NCBI GenBank assembly: GCA_012295275.1
Contig: CM022678.1
Location: 8,804,001-8,868,000, forward strand
Direction: 5' to 3'
Source: Chrysomallon squamiferum
Lineage: Eukaryota; Animalia; Mollusca
Length of the DNA stretch: 64,000 nt
The position numbers and the translations under genes are program-made. The notes under the pieces are model-generated. The model worked only from the letters and a program-made list of their open reading frames with translations, did not search any database and was not told the origin of the DNA. Below are positions 26,784 through 41,249 of the stretch, piece by piece; the stretch's first letter is position 1; each line of letters starts with the position of its first letter.

Positions 26784-26982
26784 ACAGACTACATTGATAA
26801 ATACGTATTATAATTATAATTACAGACTACATTGATAAATACTACAATGATACTTACAGACTACACTGATAAATACTATAATGATAATCACTGATAAGTA
26901 CAGACTACATTGATAAGTACAGATTACGTTGATAAGTACAGACTATATTGATAAGTACAGACTACATTGATAAGTACAGACG
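26784..26982. repeat. Degenerate 19-35-bp tandem repeat
   Basis: cagactacattgataa(g/a)ta core repeated about 8 times. Confidence 0.8.
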
Positions 26983-27085
26983 CAATATGTGATTTATGTA
27001 TGTATGTGTGTGTGTGTGTGTTTGTATGTATCTATGTATGTGACTGTGTATGTCTGTGTGTGTGTGTGTGTGTGTGTTGTGTTTG

Positions 27086-27144
<59 letters not shown>

Positions 27145-27459
27145 TTCTAGCACATGGACTTAAAAGGTTTCCACCTGTAAATTCAAAGTAATGCATTACC
27201 ACCCGTCAGGTATTTTAGTTACTGCTAGAAGTCTAACGAGGGAGTTCTCTGTGATTAACAGGTTGAAACAAATCATTTAGTGGATTACAAAAGTTTACAT
27301 GTCAGCTGTAGTGTCCTCCTTGTTAGTTCAGTTGCACGTTTTGATCTTGCACGTGCACATTAGCCTTGGCGCAACATCTTGAAGTTTCACGTTCTAATTG
27401 AAATAACTGTATTTAACACGTAAATTTACCTAAAAACACCGTCTTCTTCTTCTTCGTAT

Positions 27460-27599
<140 letters not shown>

Positions 27600-28180
27600 T
27601 TATGTGTGGGTGTGTTTAGTCAAATATTAATTCAGTCTTTCAGTTGAAAAATACAAGAATCTGTTTTAACTGAAATGCCAGCGAAATCGTTTACATTCTC
27701 ACTTATACTAATACTGCAAATAAAAATAATTACACACTATAAAGTTATTAGCTAAAAAGATAAAACTGATAAAACATACTTGTATTTTATTTTCTGAGTG
27801 TTTAGCATGGGTTACACTGGTAAATAATTTTAGAAACAAAACGTTTCCCTCTCTGTCATTTTGCAGCTGTGTTTATGTTATTAGTGTCATGTGCAGTCGT
27901 TATAGCAGTCGTAGTAGCAGTAGTAGCAGTAGTAGTAGCAGTAATACTAGTGGTAATAAACAGCAAAAATAGCATTCGCAATATTGGCATAAATAGTTGT
28001 AGTAATAGTATTAGTGGCTGTAATAGTAATGGTGGTTACAGTAGCACTAGTATGGTGGGTATTGGAAACAGTCGTTGTGGTAGTCATAATGTTATTGGGG
28101 TGATCGTTATCGTAGTGTGCTAGTAGATGCAATATTGGTGGTTATGTTACTAACAATGCTTCATGTATATAAGCATTCTT

Positions 28181-28905
28181 CGTGCTTATTTTATCTTTAT
28201 CTCCTTTATGTGTATCAGTGTCTGTGTATCTATGTAACTATATTTTGTGCGTGTTTTATCTTTATCTCCGTTATGTGTATCAGTGTCTGTGTGTGTGTAT
28301 CTATGTAACTATATTTTGTGCGTGGTTTATCTTTATCTCCATTATGTGTATCAGAGTCTGTGTGTGTATCTATGTTACTCTGCTTTTTGCGTGTTTTATC
28401 TTTATCTCCATTATGTGTATCAGTGTGTGTGTGTGTATCTATGTAAGTATACTTTTTGCTTGTTTTATCTTTATCACCATTATGTGTATCAGCGTCTGTG
28501 TGTGTATATCTATGTATGTATACTTTGTGCGTGTTTTATCTGTATCTCCATTATGTGTATCAGTGTGTACGTGTGTATCTATTTAAGTATATTTCGTGCG
28601 TGTTTTATCTTTATCTCCTTTGTATGTATTAGTGTGTATAACTGTGTGTATCTATGTAATTATACTTTGTGCGTGTTTTATCTTTATCTCCATTATGTGT
28701 ATCAGTGTCTTTGTGTGTATATCTATGTGCGTGTTTTATCTTTATCTCCTTTGTATGTATTAGTATGTATAACTGTGTGTGTACGTATGTAAGTATACCA
28801 TGTGCGTGTTTTATCTTTATCACCGTTATGTGTATTAATGTGTATAACTGTGTGTTAATGTAACTATACTTCGTGCGTGTTTTATCTTTATCTCCATTAT
28901 GTGCA
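28181..28905. repeat. About 55-70-bp minisatellite, about 12 copies
   Basis: gtgcgtgttttatctttatctccattatgtgtatcagtgt...tatctatgtaactata units. Confidence 0.9.
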
Positions 28906-29033
28906 TCTGCGTGTATGTGTGTATGTATGTGTATGTGTGTGTATCTATATGTATGTGCTTGTATGTATGTATGTGTATGTGTGTCTGTGTGTGTGAGTTT
29001 GTATGTGTATGTATGTATGTGTATGTATGTGTA

Positions 29034-29078
<45 letters not shown>

Positions 29079-29149
29079 ATGTGTATGTCTGTGTGTTTGT
29101 GTGTATGTGTATGTACGTATGTATGTGTTTTGTGTGTGTGTTGTGGTAT

Positions 29150-29190
<41 letters not shown>

Positions 29191-29520
29191 TGTGTGTGAT
29201 GTGTGTGTGTGTATGTGTGTGTGTGTGTGTGTATGTATGTGTGTGTTTGTGTGTGCATGTGTACCTGTATGTATGTGTGTGTGTGTGGATGTGTGTGTAT
29301 GTGTGTATGTTTATGTGTATCAATGTGTGTGTTTGTGTGTATGTATATGTGTGTACGAATGTGTATGTGTGTATGTATATGTATGAGTATATATGCGTAT
29401 GTATGTGTTTGTATGTATGTATGTGTATGTGTGTCTATGTGTATGTGTTTTATGTATGTTTGTGTATGTATGTCTATGTGTATGTGTGTGTATGTATATG
29501 TATGTTTGTGTGTATGTTTG
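28906..29520. repeat. Long degenerate (TG)/(TATG) microsatellite
   Basis: Directly visible; source of the 315-aa HT-repeat ORF. Confidence 0.95.
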
Positions 29521-29951
29521 CGCGCACCTTTTGCACGTGTTGAAACATTTCTCCCGACCCGCGGGGAAAGTGTCACAGAGCTTTTTCACATGTTGAAAAT
29601 GCTAGGGATCTCCAAAACAACAATCTGTATTAGCTGTTAATAATAAATTTATAATAAATCTCATCATTGAACTAGTTTGTTCTACACTGATATTATTCAC
29701 ATTAATTATATTATACAGACAGACATACAGACATACATACAGTTAGGTGAATACATAGGTAGCTATACAGACAAAGATCACGAAACAATGTAAAACAGTT
29801 TTAAAATTTAAATGAAATAAAGACAGAACAATTTTATTTATTATCATATAAATATTTTATTGCACTTTTGTCTGATTACATTGTAGTATGTACAAATATG
29901 TACAAAATTCATTGAAATAAATTACTTTGCAAAATAATAGAATAGTTTAGA

Positions 29952-30047
<96 letters not shown>

Positions 30048-30314
30048 AATGTGACAAAACTTGGTGAAAATTTCAAAAGTAAATCAGTTTGTTTTAAAGT
30101 GAAATCTATTTTGTAATTTAGCAAGTTTAAACGATAAAGTAATTCATAATAAATAAATAACATATTTAAAAATAAAAATAAAGAAAGTAAACAAATTAAC
30201 TAAATTAATTACCTTACAGTAAATAAATGACTGTTTATTTACAAGAAAGAAATGTCTGTGGACTTTCAACTTCAAAACAGTTCAGTGAAACTAAGTTAGC
30301 AGACAGTTTGAAGT

Positions 30315-31985
30315 TTACTTTTTACACCACGTAAATATTTGTATTTCACTCTTATAATCCTGTGCCACGTAGAGTTTGTTGTCATCACAACAGACAAACA
30401 AAGGTTCGGACAGTCCATCCTGGTCAGTGAGGATGTCACATGTAATGTTACCATCTCGTGACAACTGAACAACACAATTTCTAAAATAATCACAAACAAA
30501 AATGTTTCCCTCCCTGTCACATGTAACACCTCTCAAGTCTTTCAGTTTGTCTGAATCACGTGACTTCCATTTGACGTCACCTGATGACGTCACACAAAAT
30601 AAACTCTTCTCTGTCTTTGACACAACAATCAGACATTGATCGTGAACTGTGAGAAACCTCGGACTGGGGATCAAATCTGTTGAGATAGAATTAATGAGCT
30701 GACCACTGTCTGTCAGTATGTCCAAGCACTTATGGTAGCACTCAGTGACCGCGAGACGGTTGCCAGGTAACACAGCGATATAGACATACTTTTTACCAGT
30801 TGTAATTGTTTTTATCAGTTTGAAGTTTTCCAAATTTAAAAACAATATTTTATTTTCACCTGGCAGAGCAACGACAACAACAACATCACCCTGCTGATCA
30901 CGTGACTCAGCAACACCGAATGGTTGAGTGGAAGTCACGTGTTTGTTTATCAGTGATTTACATGTTAAACAAAAACATTTTACACATTTATTGTGAAAAT
31001 CACTAACAACAATTTTACTCTTGTCCTCACCTGACACCAGGATGGAAGACACCCAAGGATTTGTTTTATCTTCTTGTGTTTTTGTGTTAATGGTGTCTGT
31101 GTGTTTGAGTGTGTCTGTCTGTCTGTCTATCTGTGTGTCTGTGTGTTGTGTTTTTGTGTTAATGGTGTCTGTGTGTTTGAGTGTGTCTGTCTGTCTGTCT
31201 ATCTGTGTGTCTGTGTGTTGTGTTTTTGTGTTAATGGTGTCTGTGTGTTTGAGTGTGTGTGTCTGTCTGTCTGTCTATCTGTGTGTCTTGTGTTGTGTTG
31301 TTTTTGTGTTAATGGTGTCTGTGTATTTGTGTGTGTCTGTCTGTCTATCTGTGTGTCTATGTGTTTGTGTTGTGTGTTTGTGTGTGTGTGTCTGTCTGTT
31401 TGTCTATCTGTGTGTCTGTGTGTTTGAGTGTGTCTGTCACTCTGTCTATCTGTGTGTCTGTTTGGATGTTTGTAATTATTTCACCGATGTGTACAGACAT
31501 TTCTTTCTTTTTGTCAGATTTTCTGAGATTTATTTTGAATTTTGCTTTTTCTATTTGTGAGAGAGATTTTGTCAGAAACTTTGAAGTTGTGTTTTGAAGT
31601 TTGGTGAATTTTGGAAGATTTGTTTTTATGTCTGACTCTGATTTTTCTTTTAACAAACCCTCACCAAGTTTTATAAACTTTTCATTTTCATCAATCAGAT
31701 ATTTGTGTTCTGTAAACAATTTCTGTATTTGTGAGTTTACAAAGTTCTGAGATTTTTCTATTTCTCTTATTAGCCTGTCTTGTTCTTTGTGGACTGCGGC
31801 TGTGAAATCTGTGATTAGTGTGTTACCAATCCTTCTGACCTCTTCTGTGGTGTCCACGACGTTGATGTCGACGGCTTGGCGAAGTTGCTCAATCTTATCA
31901 TCCATCTCTGTCTGAAGAATTTCTTTATAGGTTTTGAGACTCTCAGAAACAGAACTCAGAATTGAAATGTTGCCTCCCTTTTTAG
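30315..31985 (-). CDS. TRIM-like gene, last exon: coiled coil, repeat linker and NHL-type six-bladed beta-propeller (frame broken within the linker)
   Basis: Acceptor tttcag| at 31986 is phase-compatible with the RING exon (SKKGGNISILSSVSESLKTYKEILQTEMDDKIEQL...). The helical coiled-coil ORF ends at the stop at 31357. The propeller frame (IVVSDFHNKCVK, PFGVA, PRFLTV, LRGVTCDREGNIFVCDYFRNCVVQLSRDG) is open from 31274 to the TAA at 30315. Confidence 0.85.
31074..31462 (-). repeat. 72-bp coding minisatellite (TDTQIDRQTDTLKHTDTINTKTQH) in the TRIM linker
   Basis: Two essentially perfect 72-nt units (31074-31217) plus about 3 degenerate ones built from CA/GACA runs. Confidence 0.9.
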
Positions 31986-32283
31986 CTGAAATAAATAAAT
32001 AAATAAAAAATAAATACTACTACTACTACTAATAATAATAATAGAATTAGTAATTACTACTACTACTATTGATAAAGACATATATACAATGTAAAGAGTT
32101 ATATAATTTATTTTGTCAACTAGATGTAAAATCTGAGTAGAAAAATGTTATAGATAAAATGTCCTCTATTTTTTTATGCTGCGATGGTTAATAAAACAAT
32201 AAATATTTTTAGTTAAATTATGGGTGTATTTTTTGTAATTTTTTAAATTATTGTTTAATCAAGGCACAGCACTGCTGACTCAC

Positions 32284-32569
32284 AACACGTTAAATGTTCT
32301 ATTTTGTTAATGGCGTCCACCAGTGACTTGTTTATAGAGAACTGAGCTGCCCATGTTTCCACTGGTTTCGTGCTGTCTGGAATGTGGACATTTTGCCTGC
32401 AGAACGGGCAGCTTATTTCTGTGTCGTTGTTGTTATAATTTGTGCTGATGTAATTCTGCAGGCATTTGCAACAAAACGAATGTCCGCAATACAGAGTTCT
32501 TGGTTTGTCGAAAACGTCCAAACAGAGCGAGCACGAAATACTATCATCCGAGTTTGAAGCTGTTGCCAT
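32284..32569 (-). CDS. TRIM-like gene, first coding exon: C3HC4 RING finger
   Basis: ttcag|AGATATGGCA start. MATASNSDDSISCSLCLDVFDKPRTLYCGHSFCCKCLQNY...ISCPFCRQ...WAAQFSIN is a TRIM-type RING. Donor GTGAGT at 32283, phase 1. Confidence 0.92.
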
Positions 32570-32573
32570 ATCT

Positions 32574-32635
<62 letters not shown>

Positions 32636-32699
32636 CAAAAACATGGAAGAATGAGAGAAAGTTACGAAAAGAAAATATACAGAGAGAAAAATATCATAA

Positions 32700-32763
<64 letters not shown>

Positions 32764-33285
32764 TTTGAAAACAACTGCCTGTAGGTAAAATTACATATTA
32801 ATTCCACTTAATTCATACGACCAGTTGTATATACAAATAAATAAAATGAAATGATCTATATATAAACAGCAAATATAACACTGTCAATTATAAATACATT
32901 AAATAAACTGTTTGTTTATTTATTTATTTAGTCTTATTTGTAAAATAAAAGTGCATTACGAACTTGCTGAATTTAACCTTGTGACGTCACTCTTAATTCG
33001 AGAAGGAAGACGTCAGTCTGTTGTAAATTGTGGGCGACAATACTAATATAATAAACGAAGTTGGCTGTAATAAATTGTATGAAGCAAAGAAAAAAACACC
33101 AACAAACTAAACATATGTGAGTATCCATGAATGCTGCAAGTTAATTTAGCACAGAATTTAATTTAACTAGAAAAGAAATCGTTTCTTGCAATGTGAGGAG
33201 CTACTTTTCTTGAAATCGCATACCTCGCACGATAAAGTAATCGTGGAATTGACTTTGAAAATGATATTTTAAAATATCTTAGAAC

Positions 33286-33343
<58 letters not shown>

Positions 33344-33346
33344 TTG

Positions 33347-33480
33347 ACTTACTTAGTCTTGAGAAATAAAAATTTTAAGAGCTGAAAAAATGTCACCGCT
33401 TGTTCGCCTGCAGTTTCAATTTACTCTTGCATTTGTGAAGCCCGGTTTTTACAGACGACACTTAGTGAGGGGAAGATACC
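33347..33480 (-). promoter_or_regulatory. Putative 5' non-coding exon donor and promoter of the TRIM-like gene, with ISRE-like motif
   Basis: Perfect GTAAGT donor (33352-33347, minus strand). AGTTTCAATTTAC at 33412-33424 resembles the IRF/ISRE consensus AGTTTCNNTTTC. The region retains CpG. Confidence 0.4.
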
Positions 33481-33925
33481 AATTCTGATGTGAAGAAGGG
33501 GTAACAGCTTTTAAGTTTTCTATAAAACGTTTGTTTCTTTTGTTAAAAAATAATCGTGAAATGTTTAATTCTTCTGGTAAAATAAACTGCAGGAAAAGTA
33601 ATAACTACTTTAACATAGTTTGTGCACTCAATTAGTTTATAAAATGCTGGTCATTGCCTGCGACACCTATAGTAATAATAAAGATAACAACTGGCTTGTA
33701 ATTGGAGAGAGAAAGGTAATACATTTAACCGCCAAACTGTATCTTTTTTAAACTTGAATAGCGAACTGGCGGTATCAGGTCTTTTCGTAAGATATATAAA
33801 TAAACTATAATAATGAAAAACAGCATACAAGGTGAATATATGATTTTATTCACGTATACATCAAAGTAATAAAATAATACTATATATTCCTTCTCTGTAT
33901 TACATAGCTTTATTTCTTTCTGTTT

Positions 33926-33956
<31 letters not shown>

Positions 33957-34247
33957 TATTAACGATTAAATTTATATTATTAGAATATTACATATTGTAT
34001 TATTTGACTAAACCAAGACAGAGCAACTCTCAAGTGTTTGGTAATGTGAGGTGAATTCAGGTATACACAAGCAGTGATATACTGCGGACATTCATAAGAA
34101 AAAAGAATGCAAATGCAGGCATTAAGGGAATTGTTCGATATGGCAGAAGCTGCCCCTTGACCGATACTGTACTGAATCCATTTTTAGATATTGTTTTAAT
34201 GTAACATATATATATATAGCTTTATAAATGGTTGCAAATATGGTGAC

Positions 34248-34325
<78 letters not shown>

Positions 34326-34384
34326 GTCAGAATATTTGCAACCACGAAAATTATGATTTTGGTTGTACACATGTATACCTTCTA

Positions 34385-34845
34385 ATGTATCTCTTGTGGT
34401 TCCTTGTTAAAATCATGTATGAACACAAGGCTTATAGATCACTATTTAGAATACTGGTACTCTGTCATTAATATCTTGCCCAAAGCTTCAAATGATAAAC
34501 TATTTCAAAATGCTGTCACATTCACGACATATTTCAACCTTACAGAGAGAAAATACTGGTTCAGACTTTCAAATCATAATAATCCTACTGAAAAATAAAC
34601 CATTAGAAAAGAGAACCTGTCAATTGTGTAATAACTATGATATCAGAGATGAGTTGCATTATGAATTTACATGAATGTTGTTGTTTTAAAGAATGATAGA
34701 AACCGTTAACTACCACTTTTCTGTCAATCTGAACCAAGCATTTATTAGTTTTATAAATCATTTAACACTAAAAAAGCTGGTGTCCTTAGTAAACTTTCTA
34801 TCTTCTGTAATCTAATTATGAATTTTTTTAAATCCTCTAGCTGAT
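34385..34845 (+). mobile_element. 5'-truncated decayed LINE 3' end (RTE-X/L2-group-like Cys/His tail)
   Basis: WFRLSNHNNPTEK..KPLEKRTCQLCNNYDIRDELHYEF resembles the FR.S.H.L.IE.GR...R.C..C....DE.H tail of invertebrate LINE ORF2. Confidence 0.65.
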
Positions 34846-35696
34846 ATATTGATGTATTGTATTATATTATTACGTACATCATTGTAAATCCACGATCTTG
34901 CCATACTTGTTGTAATTGTTACAGCTATATTAAATTCTGTCTCTTTATAATGTCGTAGATTACGGCCTGAGTGTAAATAAAGTTCAGTTCAGATTTACTG
35001 CTCAGTGCTTGCATAATGGTGTATCCTAATCGGGCGCGTGCGACGCGAAACTTTGAGCTAGTCGAGCGCGCGACACAATACCGATAGGAATTGTTTCTAT
35101 TCCTTGTCGCGCTACACGAGCGTCTAGAATATATTAACCAATCACAAACAAGATTATTTCCCCAGTACATGAAAATGGAAGATGAACAACTCATCCATCT
35201 CGTTTCTTCTTAGGATACAACTTTAGGTTACAACATAATGGAAACCCGAAATATCGCCATAATGGCGCTCGGTAAATTGCAGGAGGATCGCAAAATCGTG
35301 ATTTATCATCTTGCTTGCCGCCATTTTTCTGCATGTTGTTATTATATATATATACAGTAAACTATTTATATAAAAATTAGTTAACCCATTTCATGTACAA
35401 TGGAATGTTTTATATATTTTGTCTGACTGAATAATAAAAATATTATCTCTTTTTTAAAAGAGAATTTCAGTTTTCCTGAATCGATATATCGTATCGGAGT
35501 TCTTATATCGTACTACGAGTCTGTATCGTTACAGCTCTTGTGTATATGTTTGTGTGTCTGATGTGCGTCCGCGTGTGCATTGAAGTAGATGGGCAAAGAG
35601 GCAGAGAAGTACCCCAAAATACATTAATGATTAACATATGTGAAATAAAATCTAGCTGTTTAGACTATTTTTTAAAACCAACCACAAGTTCCTCTC

Positions 35697-35761
<65 letters not shown>

Positions 35762-36012
35762 AAATAAAATCAGTTTCGTAAACCGGAGCCAAAATAAATA
35801 AAGTAGGGACATTATTACACTGCAGTACGTTGTATAACTGTGCTGTCAATTTGAACTTACAGTGACCTCAAATGAACACCCATGACGTAAGAAATCCAAG
35901 ACGTCGGTTACATATTTTATTCTATTTATTATTACTTTTTAGTCTTTCTTTCTTTCTTTTCTTTCTAATTATATTTGTTTGTTTTCATTCTATCGCTTTT
36001 ATCTCCTACATT

Positions 36013-36862
<850 letters not shown>

Positions 36863-38458
36863 AAAATTCTTACCAGGTTGGATATTTTCTAACAAAGAGA
36901 TGACAGTGAGGCTGTGTTACCGTGGAAACCAGTTTTCAGTTCTATGAGACAAACACACAAATACGTGATCTAATATACCCGCTTGAAGAGAACTTTGACC
37001 ATCTCGTGATGGAGATAAAAGTCAGGTGAGGTATTGCAGTTACAATGCATGGCCTGATTTAGTAAACTGATAATCATTGACGTCAAATAAGAAAGATAAC
37101 TAATCAACAATACACGTTTATCTTCTGTCTTTAACATGAAATACAACATCCAGGTCCGGGTTTGTTTAAATAACGGGTGGGGTGTGGTATTTGTATAGTT
37201 ACTTATTACAACCACTGTTACCCGTAATGTAACAGCTACTATAACATTTCTGTAACATTATCACTGCTGTTAACTTGTATAACATTTTACAAATAGAACA
37301 AACAACAACAACAACAACTACTACAACTATTATTACTACTGTTACTATAAATACTATTATTTCTACACCTGCTGACAGTATTGTTGCTTCAGGAGCTTTA
37401 CAACCACTACTAACTATTGTTACTATATTTGATAATATACTTCTAATTCTACCACTGCTACCACACTATCAGTACTTCTACTATTAACTACTACTGCTAG
37501 TATTAGTACTATTATCACTGCTACTACCATTCTGATACTAGTGCTACAGTTGTTAATTCTACTCCTGCTGCTACAGCTTTACTACTACAACTACTGCTAC
37601 TACAACAACAACTACTACTACTACTACTACTACTGATATTACTACTACTACTATAACTATTTCTATAACAACTGCTATTAGTGTTACTATTGTTGTCGTG
37701 TAAATTCAAATTTCTTTATGATTTAATTTTTCCTTGTTTAATATTAACAATATCATTTGTTTAATCTATTTATATTTAGTTCAATTCGTGTATAATTAAT
37801 TTATTAGTACGTGCTAGCGATAACATGACCGACTCGCCTGTTTTGTCAAGAGCAAACCATAAAAACTATTGTTAATACTACAACTACTGCGATTATTACA
37901 ACAGTTGTCAATATTACTCCCGCTGCTGTTAGTGCTACAATTACCACTACTGCTACTATTAGCATTATTACTACTACTAGTTTTACTACTACCAGTATTA
38001 TGAATACTATTACTACTACTACTACAACTACTACGACTACAACTACGACTTCTTTAACTACTACTATGACAACTTCTATTGGTGTTACTTCTTCTACTGG
38101 TAATATTAATAATACGAATTCATTGACTATTTTATTACTAATACTATTGCTATGGTTGTATGTAAAACCTAGATAGTTCTGTAAATTATAATTTTATTTT
38201 GATAAAATTTTTCATCGATTGAAACTGCCAGAGTTATTTCTTATAATCTAATGAAATTTAGTTGCATTGAATTAATTTTAGTACATATTGTAAATTCGAA
38301 CGACCACAGTTTGAAATATTTGTTATCTGGGTTCAGTTTGTGTAACGAACTTGTTATCAAAACACGAGTGAGCGAAACAAGACCTACTAATCTGCTTTGT
38401 CAAGACTAAAGTTCACTGCGTTGTATCAGCTTTATTCCCTGGAGATAAACATTTTAAC

Positions 38459-38540
<82 letters not shown>

Positions 38541-38893
38541 AAAATAATATAAATGCATTTCCACTATATAATAAAACTCCAAAGTTTTTCTCAGTTTATT
38601 TACCAATACGTATAATTTACATTTTTATTTGGATCCTTTCCTTAAGGATCCAAAATATAACATGATTTTTTTCTGATAAAAATTAAAATAAAATATTATA
38701 ATACACATATATCACGTTCAAAAGTAACTTTAAAAAATGTAAATATACAACAAAAATAGTAAAAAAAAAAATTATATATATATATATTATCCCTAAAAAA
38801 ATATATATATCATCATCATCAACCTAATTTTCATTGTTGTTATTTTTAGTATTGTTAGCATTAATTATTTGTTTATTTATTTACAATAATACA

Positions 38894-38989
<96 letters not shown>

Positions 38990-41249
38990 GAATGTATTAT
39001 CATTTTGTAAAAAATATGATTCGCTCTCCTGATTTGCTCTACTGATATCAGACTGACATCTAGTGAAATGTCTGCAATAACAGCTAAACACTGAATTTGT
39101 TAATCACTGTTCCCCTCCACTTTACCTTATGAAGCTGTCTATGACTCTAGCGTAAATTAAAAATATAAATAACAAAACTCAGAATAATTTAAATATTTGT
39201 TATGGAAGGAGAAAACAGGATTTAAATAAACATTTATAACTACCTGTTTTAAGTCTTTGAATACAATTACCTGTCATAAATAAAAAGAAAAGCATGTATA
39301 ACAAGTGTCAGCATTAAGACTTGAATCACTTTAGTTATTTTATGTAATATATGTAATGAGTGGTTCCATGTATCATCTGTAAGAGAAAGACAGAGCGATA
39401 GACAGACAGACAGAGACATAGAATAAAATATTTAAATACAACAGGAAACAGCCAAATTGTTCAGTCATTTGAAATGTAAGTAAAATTCTAAATTATATAT
39501 CGCTATGCAAAGTTTTTATGGGTTTTTCTGAATATGTACACACCAAAAACATTAACAGTGCCATTATTACAGTACTATTTATGCTATTGTTATTTTCATT
39601 ACATCTTACTATTATTACTATTGCTATTATTATTTCTATTACTACTACTATTATAATGTTAGTAAGTGCTACTATTCATCTTTTACTTTGCTTCTGTTAT
39701 TTCATCTGTGACCAATGTAACATTATCTGTATCACTGCTTCCACAATCAAATCTATTACTTCTACTATTATTTCAAAACTTTATAAATAAAAATATTCCT
39801 CACTCAACTATTTCTCAAGTCTGATGAAAATGCTAGCTACTAATATGTAATGAAAAACAGAAAACAAAATAATCTGAAATATTTATTTGAACAAAACAAC
39901 TTTTTCATATAAAAAAGATAATAAGGGAAAAGCCTCAACAAAATCCTTAATTAAGAATTTAGAAAAACATGGTATAAGATGTATCTGAACTTTAAAATTA
40001 AAAATTATTTAAAATGTTTGGAAAGGTTATAAAGTAGTGAGAGTGCTATAAAACATAAAGGTACCAAGATTTCTGATTTATCCAATAAAAGTATTTTAAT
40101 TGGTTAGAAAAAATTAGCAAATTACTAAAGAACTTGATATATACAATGTAATCTGGAAATTAATCGTTAAGAAAAGATCTTCCAGAGAACATATCTTCCA
40201 TTGTATGTTTTATTAGCATATTTTTTCATAAATGTTCACAAGAACATTGATCAAAAATAATCATAATAATAAAATTATCTCCCTTGAGCTATACAATTTG
40301 AGGTTTTTAAAGCAGTAAATCAAGGATTTCTACATCAGTCATTTTTTAAATAATTTCTTTTTCACATACTTGACTGTCTGGTCCAAACATTCTGTCCACT
40401 GGTCTATGTCTGACTGTATCTTGCATGAATGACACTTTGAATCTGAAATCACAGTTTCACAGATTTATAAATTCTTCAGTAAGTGCAGTCTACATAACAA
40501 GTAACTGTTTTTAAAATATGACTTTTGGTGTGGAACTTTCTAACAGCTCTCAATATTCTTCAAGAATTCAGTTCTTCATATTTGTTGTGGATTTATCTTC
40601 TGTTTAGTTTGTTCAGTACGGTGAGAAAACTTGAAGAACTGGGAGATAAACACAACAAATCACTTAAAATCAATGTCACTTCTCACTTTTCTTTCATTCT
40701 CAAAACAAGCTTTTGATAAAGGATCCTGAAGAAAAAATATAATAAATATTATTAAATTAAAATAATATTCAGACTTGTATAAACAATATTATAAAATTTA
40801 CATGTAAAATGAAGGTTGATATGATTCAAATGGGATGGGTTGTGATTTAATTATTTTCATGATTTTTTACTTACTGTTAAAAAGCCATTTATACCGCAGA
40901 CGAAATCAAATTAATTTAGCATTGTATTGCATTGCATTTCATTTCATTTCACTGTGAATCATTTTATTCATTTCACTGTATTTTATTTCATTTTATTTCC
41001 TTAATTTTATTGTATTTTATCATTAGTTAATTTAATTTAATTTCATTTATTTCAGTACAGTTCGTTCATTTCATTTACTGTATTGTATTGTATTTCATTT
41101 CATTTACTGTAATTCATTGTATTTCTCTGCACAGCACAGCACTTTATTCATTTCACTGATTTCACTGTATTTAATTTGATTTAATTCAATTCACTGTATA
41201 TGTATGTATATGGAGCTTTGTCTGTGCATGTTTTAATATTTATATATAC

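Noticed and set aside
28182-28863. Hydrophobic Cys-rich repeat ORFs as membrane proteins
   Set aside because: They are translations of a degenerate minisatellite whose unit length varies without keeping frame.
28629-29640. Long His/Thr- and Cys/Val-rich ORFs (up to 315 aa)
   Set aside because: They are translations of (TG)/(TATG) microsatellites, open in many frames.
31021-31597. Plus-strand ORFs over the TRIM linker
   Set aside because: Antisense shadows of the repeat; the minus strand carries the recognisable domains.
32570-32644. Poly-Leu signal peptide on the RING ORF
   Set aside because: It is an intronic (TTA)n tract before the ttcag acceptor. The true start is the ATG at 32569, and the paralogue shows the same arrangement.
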